A stretch of 64,000 bases of DNA from Octopus sinensis. Lineage: Eukaryota. Shown one piece after another: positions 1 to 13,800 of the stretch. The position numbers were made by a program, and so were the translations under genes. Position 1 is the first letter of the stretch; every line of letters starts with the position of its first letter. The notes under the pieces are model-generated. The model ran no database searches. It was not told the origin of the DNA and saw only the letters and a program-made list of their open reading frames with translations. The stretch spans positions 24,366,001 through 24,430,000 of the forward strand of contig NC_043018.1 in assembly GCF_006345805.1 (NCBI RefSeq), written 5' to 3'.

Positions 1-384
1 GAAACACAGCCAACTCATAGAAGAATGGAAAGCTACTACATATACAGTAATACCTCGACTGTTATGTTCCAAAATCCCCTGCGATAGGTAAAAATCCATG
101 AAGTATAAACTACTGTATTTTTTAAAAATTATTTTTATAATTTATATATATTACCGAGATGTACTTGCATAGCAAGTGACTTGATCTGAGATCATGTGCT
201 GGAACGAAAACAATTGCAGTGTGGAAGGTGTTTATAAACCATTTAAGAAACACACAAAAACTGTTAGATTCCCTTCAACATTTAAATTGAATTTGCTAAG
301 ATATTTTCGGCACTTTGAGACCGTGACCTGATCACTGACAAAATTCCTTGCTGCATTTATATTTATTTTATTATAAATGCAAAG

Positions 385-973
385 CAACACCATGGAGGAA
401 TTGACGTAAGCTTAAATAATAAACTGTGATATGGCAAGGGATTACTGCACTTGTCCTTGAGGTGGGTTGAGCAGGATCTGACCAATGAGTTTGCCACAAC
501 CCTAATGAATGTTGACCATATACGGTGGTCAGCCACAGTCAAGGCTGCAGTGGAATGTAGACACTGTGGCCATAGTTGCCATTTGCTGAAGTGTAGAGTT
601 CAAGTTTGGAAGTTTCAGTGGGATTAGAAGTTCACATGTGGTTCCTTATCACATGTATACAAACTTTGGGGATAATGTAATGGAAAAGTTGATGTAAAAA
701 TGATTGCAACGATACATATATATAATACATATATATATATATATACGCACATATATATATATGTATATAAATATATATACATGTTTATCTGTTGGTGGTG
801 CATGTGTGTGTATATGAATACATATATATATATATTTTTTATTGTATTCTATTTTTTATTTTAATTGTTATTTCAGGACCTTGAAACATTCCGGAGAGAT
901 CTGGTATGCAGCATATCAAGCACATCATATGTTATAGAAAATATCCATATTCATAAATATATATATGTATACA

Positions 974-1028
<55 letters not shown>

Positions 1029-1209
1029 TTATATGCATGCATATTTGTATGTGTATATATATATATATATATATACATACATTCATATATATATACATAC
1101 ATTCATATATATATATACATATATATCTATACATATATAAAGGGAGAACATAAAACAGCAAAAGTGAACAAGACATTGAAAAAAGACGAAGAAACAATGT
1201 AAAGGAAAG

Positions 1210-1240
<31 letters not shown>

Positions 1241-1311
1241 TATATATATATATATGCATAATATATATATATGCATACATATATATATATTATATACATA
1301 TATATATATGC

Positions 1312-1347
<36 letters not shown>

Positions 1348-3185
1348 GCATATATATATATACATATATATATATATGCATATATATATACATATATATA
1401 TATATGCATATATATATACATATATATATATATATGCATATATATATATATATATGCATATATATATACATATATATATATATGCAATATATATATACAT
1501 ATATACATATACATATATATATATATATGCACACACAAACATATATATGTAAACATCAATATAATGAAACAGCGAAACCAAAAGAAGTTCGGGGAGGGGG
1601 AGGGGAAAGAAGACTTGAAACTCCAAGAGAAATCCCAAGGACCCAGAATAACAACCATAATCTTCAAGATTACTGCTGCCATGGGACATAGAAAGCAATT
1701 CGTCTTTGAGTGTTTTTTTTTTTTTTGTTTGTGTTTCTTCTTTTTTTTAAACAGCAGTCATTATTGTTATTATTATTATTATTATTATTATGCAAAGGGG
1801 CAAGCTGAAAGAATCGTTGGCATGGTGGGCAAAATGCTTAGCGGCATTTCGTCCATCTTTACATTCTGGGTTCAAGTTCCAATGGGGTTCGCTTTATCTT
1901 TTCATCTTTTGGGGTCGATAAAATAAGTACCAGTTGAATACTGGGGATCGATGTAATCGACTTGCCCCTATGCCGAAATTGCTGGCCTTGTGCCAAAATT
2001 GGAAATCATCTTGATCATCATCTTTATATTATTATTATTTATTATTATTATTATTATTATTAAGTCAGCAAGCTGGCAGACTCGTTAGCATGCTGGACAA
2101 AATGCTTAGCACCATTTTGTTTGTCTTTATGTTTTGAGTTCAAATTCCACCAAGGTTGACTTTGCCTTTCATCCTTTCAGGGTTGATAAAACAAGTACCA
2201 GTTGAACACTGGGGGTCGATGTAATCGACTAGTACCCTCCCCCGAAATTACCGGCCTTGTGCCTATAGTAGAAATAAATATTATTGTGGATGACCGGCAG
2301 AATTGTTAGAGTGTCATAAACTAAGAAAATAGAAAAAAAAGCCTTGCGGTATTTCTTTTGATATTTTATGGCCAGAGTTCAAATCTCACTGAGGTCAGCT
2401 TTGCCTTTCTTCCTCTTGGGGATCATTAAAATAACGTACCAGTGAAGAACTGGGGTCCCTTTCTTCAAAATTGCTGGCCTTGTGCCTAAATTGGAAGTAA
2501 TTTTTGTTATCAATCAGCAAGACCACTAGAGCATCAGATTAAGTACTTGGCAGTATTTTTCTCTGACTTTTTATGTTCTGAGTTCAAATCTGCCCCAGGA
2601 CAACTTTCACTTTCATTTCTCTGGGGTTGAAAAAGAAAAAAATACCAGCCAACTACTTGGGCCAATGATATCAACTAGCACCCCCCCACCTTCTCCCATC
2701 AAAATGGTTGGCCTTGTCCCTATGTTAGAATGCTTAGTGGCATTTCATCTATCTTTACATTCTGAGTTCAAATTCTGCTGCGGTTGACTCTGCCTTTCAG
2801 GTTTGATTATATAGATACCAGTTAAACACTGTGGGGTCAGGGTAATTCGCTTACCCCTCCCCCAAAAATTTTAGGCCTTGTGCTTTTAGTACAAAGGATT
2901 ACAAGGTGGTGAGCTGGCAGAATCATTCCCACACTGGTCAAAATGTTTAGCAATATTTATCTGGTCTTTGGTCTTTATGTTCTGAATCCAAATTCTGGCA
3001 AGGTTGATTTTTACCTTTCATTCTTTTGGGTTTGTCAAAAAAAAAAAAAATACCAGCTGAGCAATGGGGGTTGACAAAATAAATATCAGTTAAGGAATGG
3101 GAGTGGGGGTTGATGTTATCATCTAGCGCCTTTCCCAAAATTTCAGGCCCTGTACCTATTGTACAAAGAATTCTTCTTCTTATTA

Positions 3186-3225
<40 letters not shown>

Positions 3226-3658
3226 GGCAGAATCATTAGAGTGTTGGACGAAATGCTAAGTGGCATTTCTTCCAGCCCTTTACATTCTGAGTTCAAATCC
3301 TGCCAGGGTCATCTCTGCTTTTCATCCTTTTCAAGGTCAGTAAAAATAAAGTTCCAGTCACGTACTGGGGTCGATGGTATTGACTAAACCCCCTTCCCTT
3401 TCAAGGTTGCTGACCTTTTGCCAAAATGAGAAACAATTGTAACAATGGTGGTAGATGGGCAGAATTGGTGAGAGTATCAAACAAAATGTGTTTGTGGTAT
3501 TTAATGACATCTGTTGGCATGTTTTGAGTTCAAATCCTGCTGAGGGAGTGATAGAATTTAAGTACGGTTCAAGTCCTGGGATTAATATAATTGACTTTAC
3601 CCCCACCACATACAACACACCTCTAAATATACATTTTTGGCCTTGATTTATGTAAGAA

Positions 3659-3694
<36 letters not shown>

Positions 3695-3932
3695 GTTATT
3701 AATTGACAGAATTGTTCTGTGCCGGAAAAAATGCTTAGCATTTCTTTCGACTCTATGTCCTGGGTTCAAACGCCACCAGGGTCCACTTTGCCTTTCATCC
3801 TTTCTGGGTCGATAAATTAAGTACCAGTTGAATACTGGGGTCAATGAAATTGACTTATCCTCTCCCCCAATCTTCCTGGCCGTGTGTTAAAATTTGAAAT
3901 CATCATTATCATCATCATCATCATCATCATCA

Positions 3933-3964
<32 letters not shown>

Positions 3965-4141
3965 GAGACCCTGAGCTAGCAGATTTGTTAAAGCACTAGA
4001 AAAATGCTTTGCAGTATTTTTTTTTTCTGGATTGTCATGTTCTGATTTCATCCCTCTGGGGTCAGTAAATAGCATTACCAGTTAAATATATCAACCAAAC
4101 CCCCTTCTCCAAATTTCTGGCCTTATGCTTTAGTAGAAAGG

Positions 4142-4198
<57 letters not shown>

Positions 4199-4226
4199 TT
4201 ATTATTTTATTATTATTTTATTATTA

Positions 4227-4268
<42 letters not shown>

Positions 4269-4954
4269 GGCAGTGAGCTGGGAGAGTCGTTACCATACCA
4301 AACAAAATGCTTAGTTGCATTTCATCTGGCTCTTTATGTTGTGGGTTCAAACCCCGCTGAGGTCGACTTTGCCTTTTATCCTTCCAGCATCAATAAAACA
4401 AGTACCAGTCAAGTACTGGGGATCGATGTGATTGGTTTCCCCCTCCCCACAAAAATCCAGGCCTTGTGCCGATAGTAGAAAGGATTATTATTATTATTAC
4501 TAAGGTGGCTAGCTGGTAGAATTGTTACCATATTAGACAAAACTGCAACATTTCTTCCCATTCTTTATGTTGTGAGTTCAAATCCTGCTGAGGTCAACTT
4601 TGCATTTCATGCTTTTGGAGCTGGTAAAATGTGTACCAGTTGTGCACTGGGGTCAATGTATTGAAAGGCTCCCTCCCCACAAAATTTATTTGAGGCCTTG
4701 TGCCTATAATTTAATGGATTATTATTTATCTGGTATGACATATTGGCAAACTGTCTCACTTAGAGCTGTCTCCATTGTATTATACATATTTTGAGTTCAT
4801 GTCTCTCGGGGTTGGGGGGGGGTGATGGGGGAGGTCGACTTTGTGGCCATGACAGAATGATTAACCAGTTATATATTGCAGGAAGAAGGGTGGGTTGGGT
4901 GGTGGTGTAAACAGTTAATGTAACTAATTTTATGTAAAATGCAAATACACATTG

Positions 4955-4998
<44 letters not shown>

Positions 4999-7900
4999 GA
5001 AGACTGATGGATTGGCAAAATTGGTAGGGCATTGCCCTCCGCCTCTCTTGTGTATTTAGTTACATACTTTTGCATTCTGTCTTCATATCTATCTGGTCAA
5101 ATTGGCCTTTCATCCATCGGGTGGGGGTCAGTCAAATAAGTACAGCGCAAGTCCTGGGTCAAAGTAACTGATGATTGTTTACCCTCAAACTTTTGTCACT
5201 GTACCTCTGGTGGAATCAATTAGTATTATCATTATTATGAAGGTCGTTAGCACATGAGGCATTTGTCTATCCTTATGTTCTGAGTTCAAATTCCACCAAG
5301 GTCGACTTTGCTTTTCATCCTTTTGGGGTTGTTAAATTAAGTATCAATTGAACAATGGGGTCAATGTTGTTGACTAGTTCCCACTGCTCAAATTCCAGGC
5401 CTTGTGCCTTTAGTAGAAAGGATTATTATTATTATTTATAAGATATCCAGCTTAGTGGCACTGACTGTAAAGTGCTCAGCCAGGCTGCTTTGCAGTGTAT
5501 TTGGTTTCATTTCCCCCTTTTTCTGGGTCCAAAAGTCTTGCCAAGGTTGACTTTTACCCCCTTTTGCCTTTGTCTTCATGGAAGGAGTAAGGGGTTAAGA
5601 GCAGGGTTTGTCCAAGACTTGATTAAAATAAATACCAGTAATGTACTGAGGTTGATTCAATTAACTACTATACACAGAAGCACACCCTGTCTCCCTTAAC
5701 ATAACATATGGCCTCATTTTGAAGTTACAAATACACACACACACACAGTCACCCTATTTCATTCCATCATGGCTACCTCTGATGAGTGCAAGGTTACATA
5801 ATCGGACCATTACCTAACATTCTGTTGAACTCCTAGTGTGAAACCGATTGGTAAGGTCAGTTGTAATGGATATATAATACTGTACATTTCAGTTAATATA
5901 TGTATGTGTATATATATGCATATTTATATATGTGTGTATATATATATATGTGTGTGTGTATATATATATATGTATATGCATATATATATATATATATGTG
6001 TGTATATATATATATACACACACACATACACAGGAAATCAACCATGCTGTATTTTCTAACTAATTATATATATGGTTATTTTCACATAAGCATACAGTCT
6101 TAATATGTGGTCTCATGCCAAAGTTAGAAATATTTATATATATATTTGGTTATTTTATATCTTCCTCTTCTTCCTCCTGTCACTTATTTTACATCAACCC
6201 TCATCCTAACAATGAATATTTTTTTTAAGGTTCCTCTCCTAAAAAGAAAAAGAATGATTAAATAATATAAAATAAATAACAAGAAAATAGTGAAAAGTCT
6301 CTAAAATGAGAAAAGTAATATAATTCTAATAATGATTCTATACTGATAAAAGGAAAAAATTATATCACACACACACTATATATATATATATATTGTACAA
6401 GTGCTTATTTTATTTGATATTGAATTTTATATTTTTTCTTGTATATCTGTGTGTATGTTAATGAAGATACATGGTACCTTATTTTTCATCGAAAAGTTCT
6501 CTCACTGACGGCAGACTACCATGCTTTCTATTTTACTACTACTACTAGACTGTGTATGACAGGTGTTTTAGAACGGAGAATTAAATATTGAATCTGGTAC
6601 ATTCCTAAGGTGAGATGACTCTGTCACTCAAAGCTTTTTCTTTATAGATCAAGGGAGGTCATTTTTATTTACTGACGATGCTAATCTCCGTTCTCAAATT
6701 TAAAAACTAGAAATATAAATGTGACCATCTGTTTAATGAAGAGACAATTTGTTATTACTGTTAGCAGGATGGTAAGAGTGCGTGGCCTTGTAGTTAGGGT
6801 GTTGCACTCACAAATACAAGTTCACAGTTTCAGTTCCAGGACTGGACTGTGCATTATGTTCTTGAGCAAATGACCTCATCGGAAACATATGTCATGGAAA
6901 CAGGCTAAGGCTTAGGCTTTACGAGCTTTAGGGCTCATGACAAACCTACATTCTGGGTCTTTCATTGAGGGGACTATCAGGCAGTGGCCCTTTTTATGAT
7001 CGGATAAAATGCTTGGTGATATCTGTTCCCAGTTCTTGGAGGTGGTGAGCTGGCAGAATCTTCAGCACAACAGGCAAAATGCTTAGTGGCATTTTGTTCT
7101 GAGTTCAAATTCCACTGAGGTCGATTTTGCTTTTCTTCCTTTCAGGGTTATTAAAAGTACCAGTTGAACACCCGGGGCTGGGGGTCATATCTGCTCCCAC
7201 GAAATTGGTGGCCTTGTCCCCAAATTTGAAAATAAATATTCCAATTCTTTAAGACAGCGAGCTGACAGAATTGTTAGCCTGCAGTGCAAAATGCTTGGTG
7301 GCATTTCGTGAATCTTCACGTTCTGAGGCCAACTTTGACTTTCATCCCTTTCTGGATTGATAGAATAAGTACCAGTGGAGTACTGGGGTTTGATGTAATT
7401 GACTTACCTGCTGCCCCCCCAAATTGCTGGCCTTTATATGAAACCAATATTTATTCCAGCTCTTTAGGGTCTGAGCTCAAATTTCACCCTCCCTCTTTCT
7501 CTCTGGTGGGGTAGATAGAATAAAGTACCATTCAAAACTGGGGGTTGATATAACTGAATATAGTCCAGTTTTTTTCTCGTAAGGATGTGGGGCTGTGAAG
7601 ACTGAAAATAGGGGACAGACAAATTGCTATGTTTAACCTAATTTAAGAAGGTTTTAAAGTTTATAAACTTGTCTAACACTGTGACAAAGAAGAAGAACTA
7701 TATAAATACAAACTCTATTTTGTTTTCTCATTAAGAAGGGAGTAGGCTTGTGCCTAAAAGATTTCAGTGTTATTTTTCATGGGCTGGTGTTGGTTAACTT
7801 GAGGAGCATGACTGCAGCCCTTCCCATCAAAATTTGTGGCCTTATATCTATGTTAGAAATTATTTTTTAAGGCAATAGACTGGTTAAATAAGTTGAGCAG

Positions 7901-8770
7901 TAGAAGAGATCATTCTAAGGTTGATTTCACCGTTAATGTTTCAGGGTTCAGTTGAATGATGTAGCAGTCAGGTTTGTACAGCAGAGCTGTATACAATCAA
8001 CTACTCACCTCCTACTAGATCTGAAGCCTTGTGCTTAAATAAGAATATATAGTAGTGGTAACAGATCGGTGAGGGAGGCTTCTATGTCGGTGTTTGACAT
8101 GCTAGAAATAGCAGCCAAATCTTTATACCCATTTTGAAAACGTTAAAAAAAAAACACTGAATGACATAGTCCCTGAATACACCACCTGAAAAAATTACAG
8201 AATGATCATGGCTAGAATGTCATCCATCATAAATCTACTACTACTCATTTGGAGCTTGCCTATGGCTAAACAACGAGATAAATACCCGGTGAACCTTGTT
8301 CACAACTCAGTTTTCCTATCCCAGTTGAAGCTAATTCACTTCACTTAAAATACTAATGCCAATGAGGAAGGCAATTTCACTACCCACATCCCTTATAATA
8401 AATATATATATATTACTGCCCTTGTCCTGAGTAAAACCATCACCTATAGAATGTAGTATATTTTTTTCCTGTGATCATTGCAGAATTATATAACTTTATT
8501 TTTGGACCTCATCATCTTCCCCATCTCTTCTTGTTACCTCAGTCTCTCCTTCTCTCTCTCTCTCTCTTCCACACTGGCTCACTCTATCTCTCCCCTTCTC
8601 TCACTATGTGTTTTGCTCTGTCTCTATAAACATATATATATAAATGTATACATAGATGTATGTATGTATATATATATATATACATATATATGTGTATAAA
8701 CATATATATTTATGTATATATATATATAAATGTATACATACATATATGTATATATATACATGTATGTATG

Positions 8771-8801
<31 letters not shown>

Positions 8802-8924
8802 GTATGGGTGTATATACATATATGGATATATATATATATATATATATAAACGTGTACATATATGTATGTATATATATATACATATATGTGTGTATGTATA
8901 TATATATATGTATACATATATATA

Positions 8925-8974
<50 letters not shown>

Positions 8975-9612
8975 TACACCCAACTTTTTATTAATTTTCT
9001 TACTTTGTAAACTATTTTTTCTTTAACAATTACAAACTTCAATTTCTCTTGTTTTAATATAATTTATTAAAAAGAAATATTTTCTGTCATTTTTATATTT
9101 ACTTTTCCTGCATTTCAAATTCAACTTTTTATTTCCATTAGACATTTGCACCCAATTATGCATGCAGTAACACCCACCCATGCACACACACACATGCTGC
9201 TTCCACATACACAGGTATGTAGAAGTAACACCTATTATCAGAAATTTTCATGCATGATGTGATTTATCTAATGTAGGAAGTCTTTAATGTTCAGATATTA
9301 CAACAGGTGAGCTTTCGACCTAGGTATAACATCAACGTATCACAAGGTTTTTTTTACATCAGGGAGGATTTTTAGCTCAGCTGTCTTACCTCAAATGGCT
9401 TGTGTGAGCTTCGTGTTGTTTACTGTAACGAGCTTGACCAACCACTGTAACTATTTTGCCAAAGAGATGAAAATTTGAATTAACAGCTTAAAGGAATTAA
9501 GTTCAGATCTGAAGATTAAGATTCAGTCTTTCTATTGTGATCATGCTATTTCAGTAATCTACATGCTTCAGCTAAACAAATTAGGAAACTGTGTGTGTGT
9601 CTATATATATAC

Positions 9613-9675
<63 letters not shown>

Positions 9676-10802
9676 TAGATATATATATATATTAGATATA
9701 GATATAGCAGAGGTTGACTTTGCCTTTCATCCTTTTGGGATTGGTATAAATTAAGAACCATTTAAGCACTGTGCTTGAAGTGATTTACTTACTCTCCCTT
9801 AAAATTGCTGGCCTTGTGCCAAAATTTGAAATCATTATCATTATCATCATCATCGTTATTATTAGGTCAGTGGATAATGAGAATTGTGTTGGGAGAAAAT
9901 GCCTAGCTGTATTTGTACTGTCTTTTTTTTACATTCCAAGTTCAAATCCCACTCAGATGAATTTTGCCTTTCATCCTTTTGGGGGTCTATAAAATAAAGT
10001 ACCAGTCAAATACTGTAGTTGATGGTATCGACTGACACCCTCTCCCGACTTCCCTGAAAATTGCTGGCCTTATCATTTCTATCCTTTCAGGGTTAATAAA
10101 ATAAATAGTTGTTGAACATTGGGGTTGATGTTAACGACTCACTTCCTCCCCTTGTGCCACAATTAGAAAGAAATTTCATTATTATTATTAAGGCCAGTAA
10201 GGTGCCAAGCTGACAGTATTTTGTCCATCTTCAATGCTCTGAGTTCAAATTCTGCTGAGGTCAACTTTGCTTTTCATCCTTTCAGGGTCGATAAAATAAG
10301 TACCAGTTGAGCACTGGGGCCAATGTAATAGACTCCCCTCACCTGCTGGCTCCGGAATTGCTGGCCTTGTGCTAAAATTTGAAATCTTCATTATTAAGGC
10401 CAGTGGATAGACAGAACTGGTTGAACGTTGGACAGAGCACCTTGCCAAATTTGTCCTGGCTTTTTACTTTTTCAGATCTGATCCTACTGAGGTCAATTTT
10501 GCCTTTTCTTCTTTCCGAGGTTGAAAAAATAAAGTACCTGTCATGTGGTGGGGTTGGTTTAATCTACTTGGCCCTCCTCTGCCCAAATTCTTGGCCTTGT
10601 GCCTATGTCAGAAGTTTACCATTATTTTCATTACCAAAGACAATGGAGTGAAACAGTCTGTGTATTTATAGTATATTAATTCCTGTTTTCTCTAAATTCT
10701 GGGTTTGTAGATTGGTGTTGGGATCATATTTTTGCCTTTTTTTTTTTTTTTCATCTTTTCTTTGTAGGTTTCATGAAATTAAATCTTAAGCATGTATTGG
10801 AG
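385..10802 (+). CDS. Possible 3' part of an unidentified gene: candidate short exons 385-405, 877-903, 9277-9306, (9363-9403), 10768-10802
   Basis: Each candidate has an AG acceptor after a T-rich tract and a GT donor (gtaagc, gtatgc, gtgagc, gtgagc, gtaact). The first three are multiples of 3 and join open in two frames ([26 protein letters not shown] or [25 protein letters not shown]). No protein recognised. Confidence 0.3.
940..1550. repeat. (TA)n / TATACA / TATGCA compound microsatellite, representative of many such tracts
   Basis: Direct reading. Similar tracts at about 5880-6030, 8630-8980, 23320-25130, 26510-26680, 28940-29000, 31395-31465, 31585-31650 and 39470-39640. These generate the YI-rich ORFs in the track. 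Confidence 0.98.
1790..5700 (+). mobile_element. Head-to-tail cluster of about 15 copies of a ~200-bp tRNA-derived SINE with (TAT)n/(ATT)n tails
   Basis: Repeated module gctggcagaat.gttag...ttctgagttcaaattc...ctttgcctttcatcc...aagtaccag...ggccttgtgcc, separated by (TAT)n. It carries A-box-like and B-box-like (gagttcaaattc) motifs. Further copies at about 7020-7560, 9700-10620, 20840-21840, 33070-33640, 50095-50320(-), 51480-51700 and 55690-55920(-). Confidence 0.8.
5775..5857 (+). ncRNA. Minimal type-I hammerhead ribozyme motif H1
   Basis: acct-CTGATGA(5779-85)-gtgc...gtgt-GAAA(5840-43)-ccgattg-GTA(5851-53)-aggt. Stem I acct/aggt; stem II only wobble-paired; stem III ACCGATTGGT near-palindromic. 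Confidence 0.6.
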
Positions 10803-13800
10803 GTAACTTGTCCAACTCTCACGTCTCTCTGCCTAGAGAATAGGGAGGGTGTGTTAATTCCATCTAAAACTATATACCACCACCACCACCATTGCCGCCA
10901 CCACCATCTCTGCCTCCCCCTCTTCCTCCTCCTCCTTACAAATATGTGGCCTCTTTGTGGCACTGTTGTCAGAAATCATTTTTATTGTCATTATTATTAT
11001 TATCATCACCTTCATTGTCATTGCTCTTTCTTATCTATTTATTTTCATTGTTTTTTTTTTTTTGTTGTTGTTTTGTTTTCCAATTTATCTTCATCTCTGA
11101 TGTGAAAAGAAAAAAATAATCAGAACAAAAAAAAACAAACCAAAACAAGATGAATGCTTCATGGAAGGATTTCTATGAGTTACTAGAATATTTTATGAAA
11201 CTTCTCACTAAGTTTGGAAAGACGAAACCATTTCTTGCTCAATGTATTAGTTTGAAAGTCTTTGAAAATCAGCTTCATCCCTCACCATATCTCTTTATTC
11301 CAAGTTACAAGCAACAATTGATACCAGGAATATAAATAAAATGTCTAGGCCTACTGATTGGGTACAAACCTCTAATTACACGACAGACTGCCTACCTGCT
11401 AAACACTCTTCTCAAATCAAATGCTATAAATCTATTTTTTTCCTGCTATTTTTAAATTGGCATTTATTTTTTTAATCAATCTCCACACATCAGTCTCTTA
11501 GTGCTAGCCAGGTAGGTTATGCTACAAAAGTCCAACATAACAAGGTATCCCACCTTGGTCGAACATTTGCGGCGAAAAATAACCGAAATTAACCTCATTA
11601 ACTCAAATACTGATTCACTGCAAAGATTTGAAATAATCAATTTGAGACAAAGGAAGAGTAACAGTTCCCATCACTGGTTCTCGAGTCGTGTATTTATCAC
11701 TTGCCAACTGTCAGCATTAACAATTACTCTACAGATGTGCTTGCCCTGCCATCACCTTTAAAATTAGATTCTATAATCAACTACAAAATTGTGTACAAAG
11801 CAGCTGCAAGATAGGCTAAATACATAACTGTCCTGAAAATAATACAAGATGAAACTGAAGCTATGTAATTGTACAAGAAAATAGTACGTACATATGCAAT
11901 TTCAGTGAAATCTCTGACTAATTTCTATATTAATATGTATTTTATTCTATAAATTTGCTAGTACAGAATGTATTTATGTATGGGTCATCTATTTTTCGAT
12001 TGTTTTTTTTTTAACTTCATTACATTGGATTCATTAACGTGTTCATTAATTAACCCAGATAATTTCATTTCATTCTATATTTTTTGATTTATGATATCAT
12101 ATCCATGGTCCCAAGTCATCCTGGAGGGGCAGTCAGCTGTTGTGCGTTTTATTTTATTTTTGTAAATTCACAGATTTGTATATTATTGGAGAAATAGTTT
12201 ATTTTACACCCGAATAATCTGCCTAACCTACTTTCGTTGGGAAGCAGAAGTAGGAGTGGTGTGCCTGCGTTTGTTAGCCATGCCAAATTATGAAAAATAT
12301 ATATTTCACTAGACATTTTGTAATTCTTGATTATTTTGGAAATTTAAATGTAAAACGGCAAGCATATTCTTGTTGGAAGTATAGTTATGGAAGTGCTAGG
12401 TTATACCTAAGATAAAATAAAGTAGATGATTATTATACGATTTATTAGCTGAAATATATTCATATATATATGTGTGTGTGTATGTTTGTGTATATATATA
12501 TACAAACAACACATATATACACACAATTATATGCACACATCATAAGAATTTGAAAACTTTGAGAGGTGTGAAATAATTTGTTATTAACAGCAGAACTTGA
12601 AGTAGATAATGCTATGAATCAGAGCATGTAAATATTGGGTTAAAAAAAAATCTTAGGACAGAAAAAGCTTTCAGTTTTTTTCTCTCCAAAGGTTTTTTTA
12701 ATGCAACGTTTACCTATTATTCCTAGTATTACCTACTTTGAGTTCCATTGTTAAAGACAGTATGCATAATACAAGCACACACACACATATACAAAGAGAG
12801 AGTTTTTTGATGTGATGAGGAGCAGACAGAGCACAATACATACTGAGTGTATTGAGATTTGTACACATGGACTGTGTAGTGAATTGTTCATGTGTTCAAC
12901 TTAACAACATCCATGATGTTAGTGGGTATCCAAATCTTTGTAAGAACATGGGTAAATTTTCCTGGGGTACCTTCTGTATGAGGAACATATAGTTAAGTGT
13001 GTATGTGGATGGTAATATACTTAATAGTATGACCCTACCCGCCACCAAAAAACAACAACAAAGAAACCACTCTGATCAAAATTACACCTGTAATAAAGAG
13101 AAGAAAAACATTAGTGTTAGCGATAATTTTTGTTATAATGGCAAGGGAGGGAACTCTGACATCCAAATTGATAAATTGTTGATGGGGGGTATCTGTAATT
13201 AGTTTGTTATTTCACATTCCTGTCAAAAGAAAGATCCATATATATTATAATTTTATTGACCGCTACAACGACAGACAAACTATTCATCTCAGACATTCCA
13301 TTATAAATTTCTATTTTTGGTGGCAACTTCAGCATTTCACTTCATGTTAATCTTTACAACATCAACCTGCATGAGACTGCTTCTGTTAAAGTTTTCAGAT
13401 TTTAAATTTAAATCTTAAGATTATTTATTACACTTCATGATTATATAACAAAGGAAATTCAGAGTTCAATGACTGTGTAATATTTAATTCATATTATGAA
13501 GTTGAAAGTTTATTTCTCTAAAGGCGCATGGCTTAGTGGTTTGGTTCACAATTGTGAAGTTGTGAGTTCAATTCCCAGTGGTGTGTTATGTCCTTGAGCA
13601 AGACCCTTTATTTCACATTGCTTCAGTTTACTCAGCTAGCAAAAATGAGTAGTACCTATATTTCAAAGGGCCAACCTTGTAACATTCTGTGTCATGCTGA
13701 ATCTCCCTGAGAACTACTTTAAGAGTACACGTGTCTGTGGAGTACTCAGCCACTTGCACTTTATTTTCATGAGCAGGCTGTTCCATTGATTGAATCAATT

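Noticed and set aside
160-350. Repeat (inverted copy at about 28020-28235) containing CTGAGA...GAAAACAATTGCA
   Set aside because: Resembles a hammerhead but the core spacing and cleavage triplet are non-canonical. Treated as an unclassified dispersed repeat.
925-1698. 257-aa and other long Y/I/C/V/H-rich ORFs (also at 8604-9042, 23149-25145, 39091-39685)
   Set aside because: Translations of (TA)n/(TG)n microsatellites, which lack stops; open in multiple frames on both strands.
6563-6596. AG...GT-bounded segment that looked like an internal exon
   Set aside because: Stop codons in all three frames.
11782-13070. Two strong minus-strand acceptors (near 13068 and 11832) joinable as GVILIRVVSLLLFFGGGTVMYLAYLAAALYTIL*
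   Set aside because: The donor (cgg|gtaggg) is weak, no upstream exons were found, and no homologue is recognised. Such signals arise by chance in AT-rich DNA. RNA-seq junctions would be needed.
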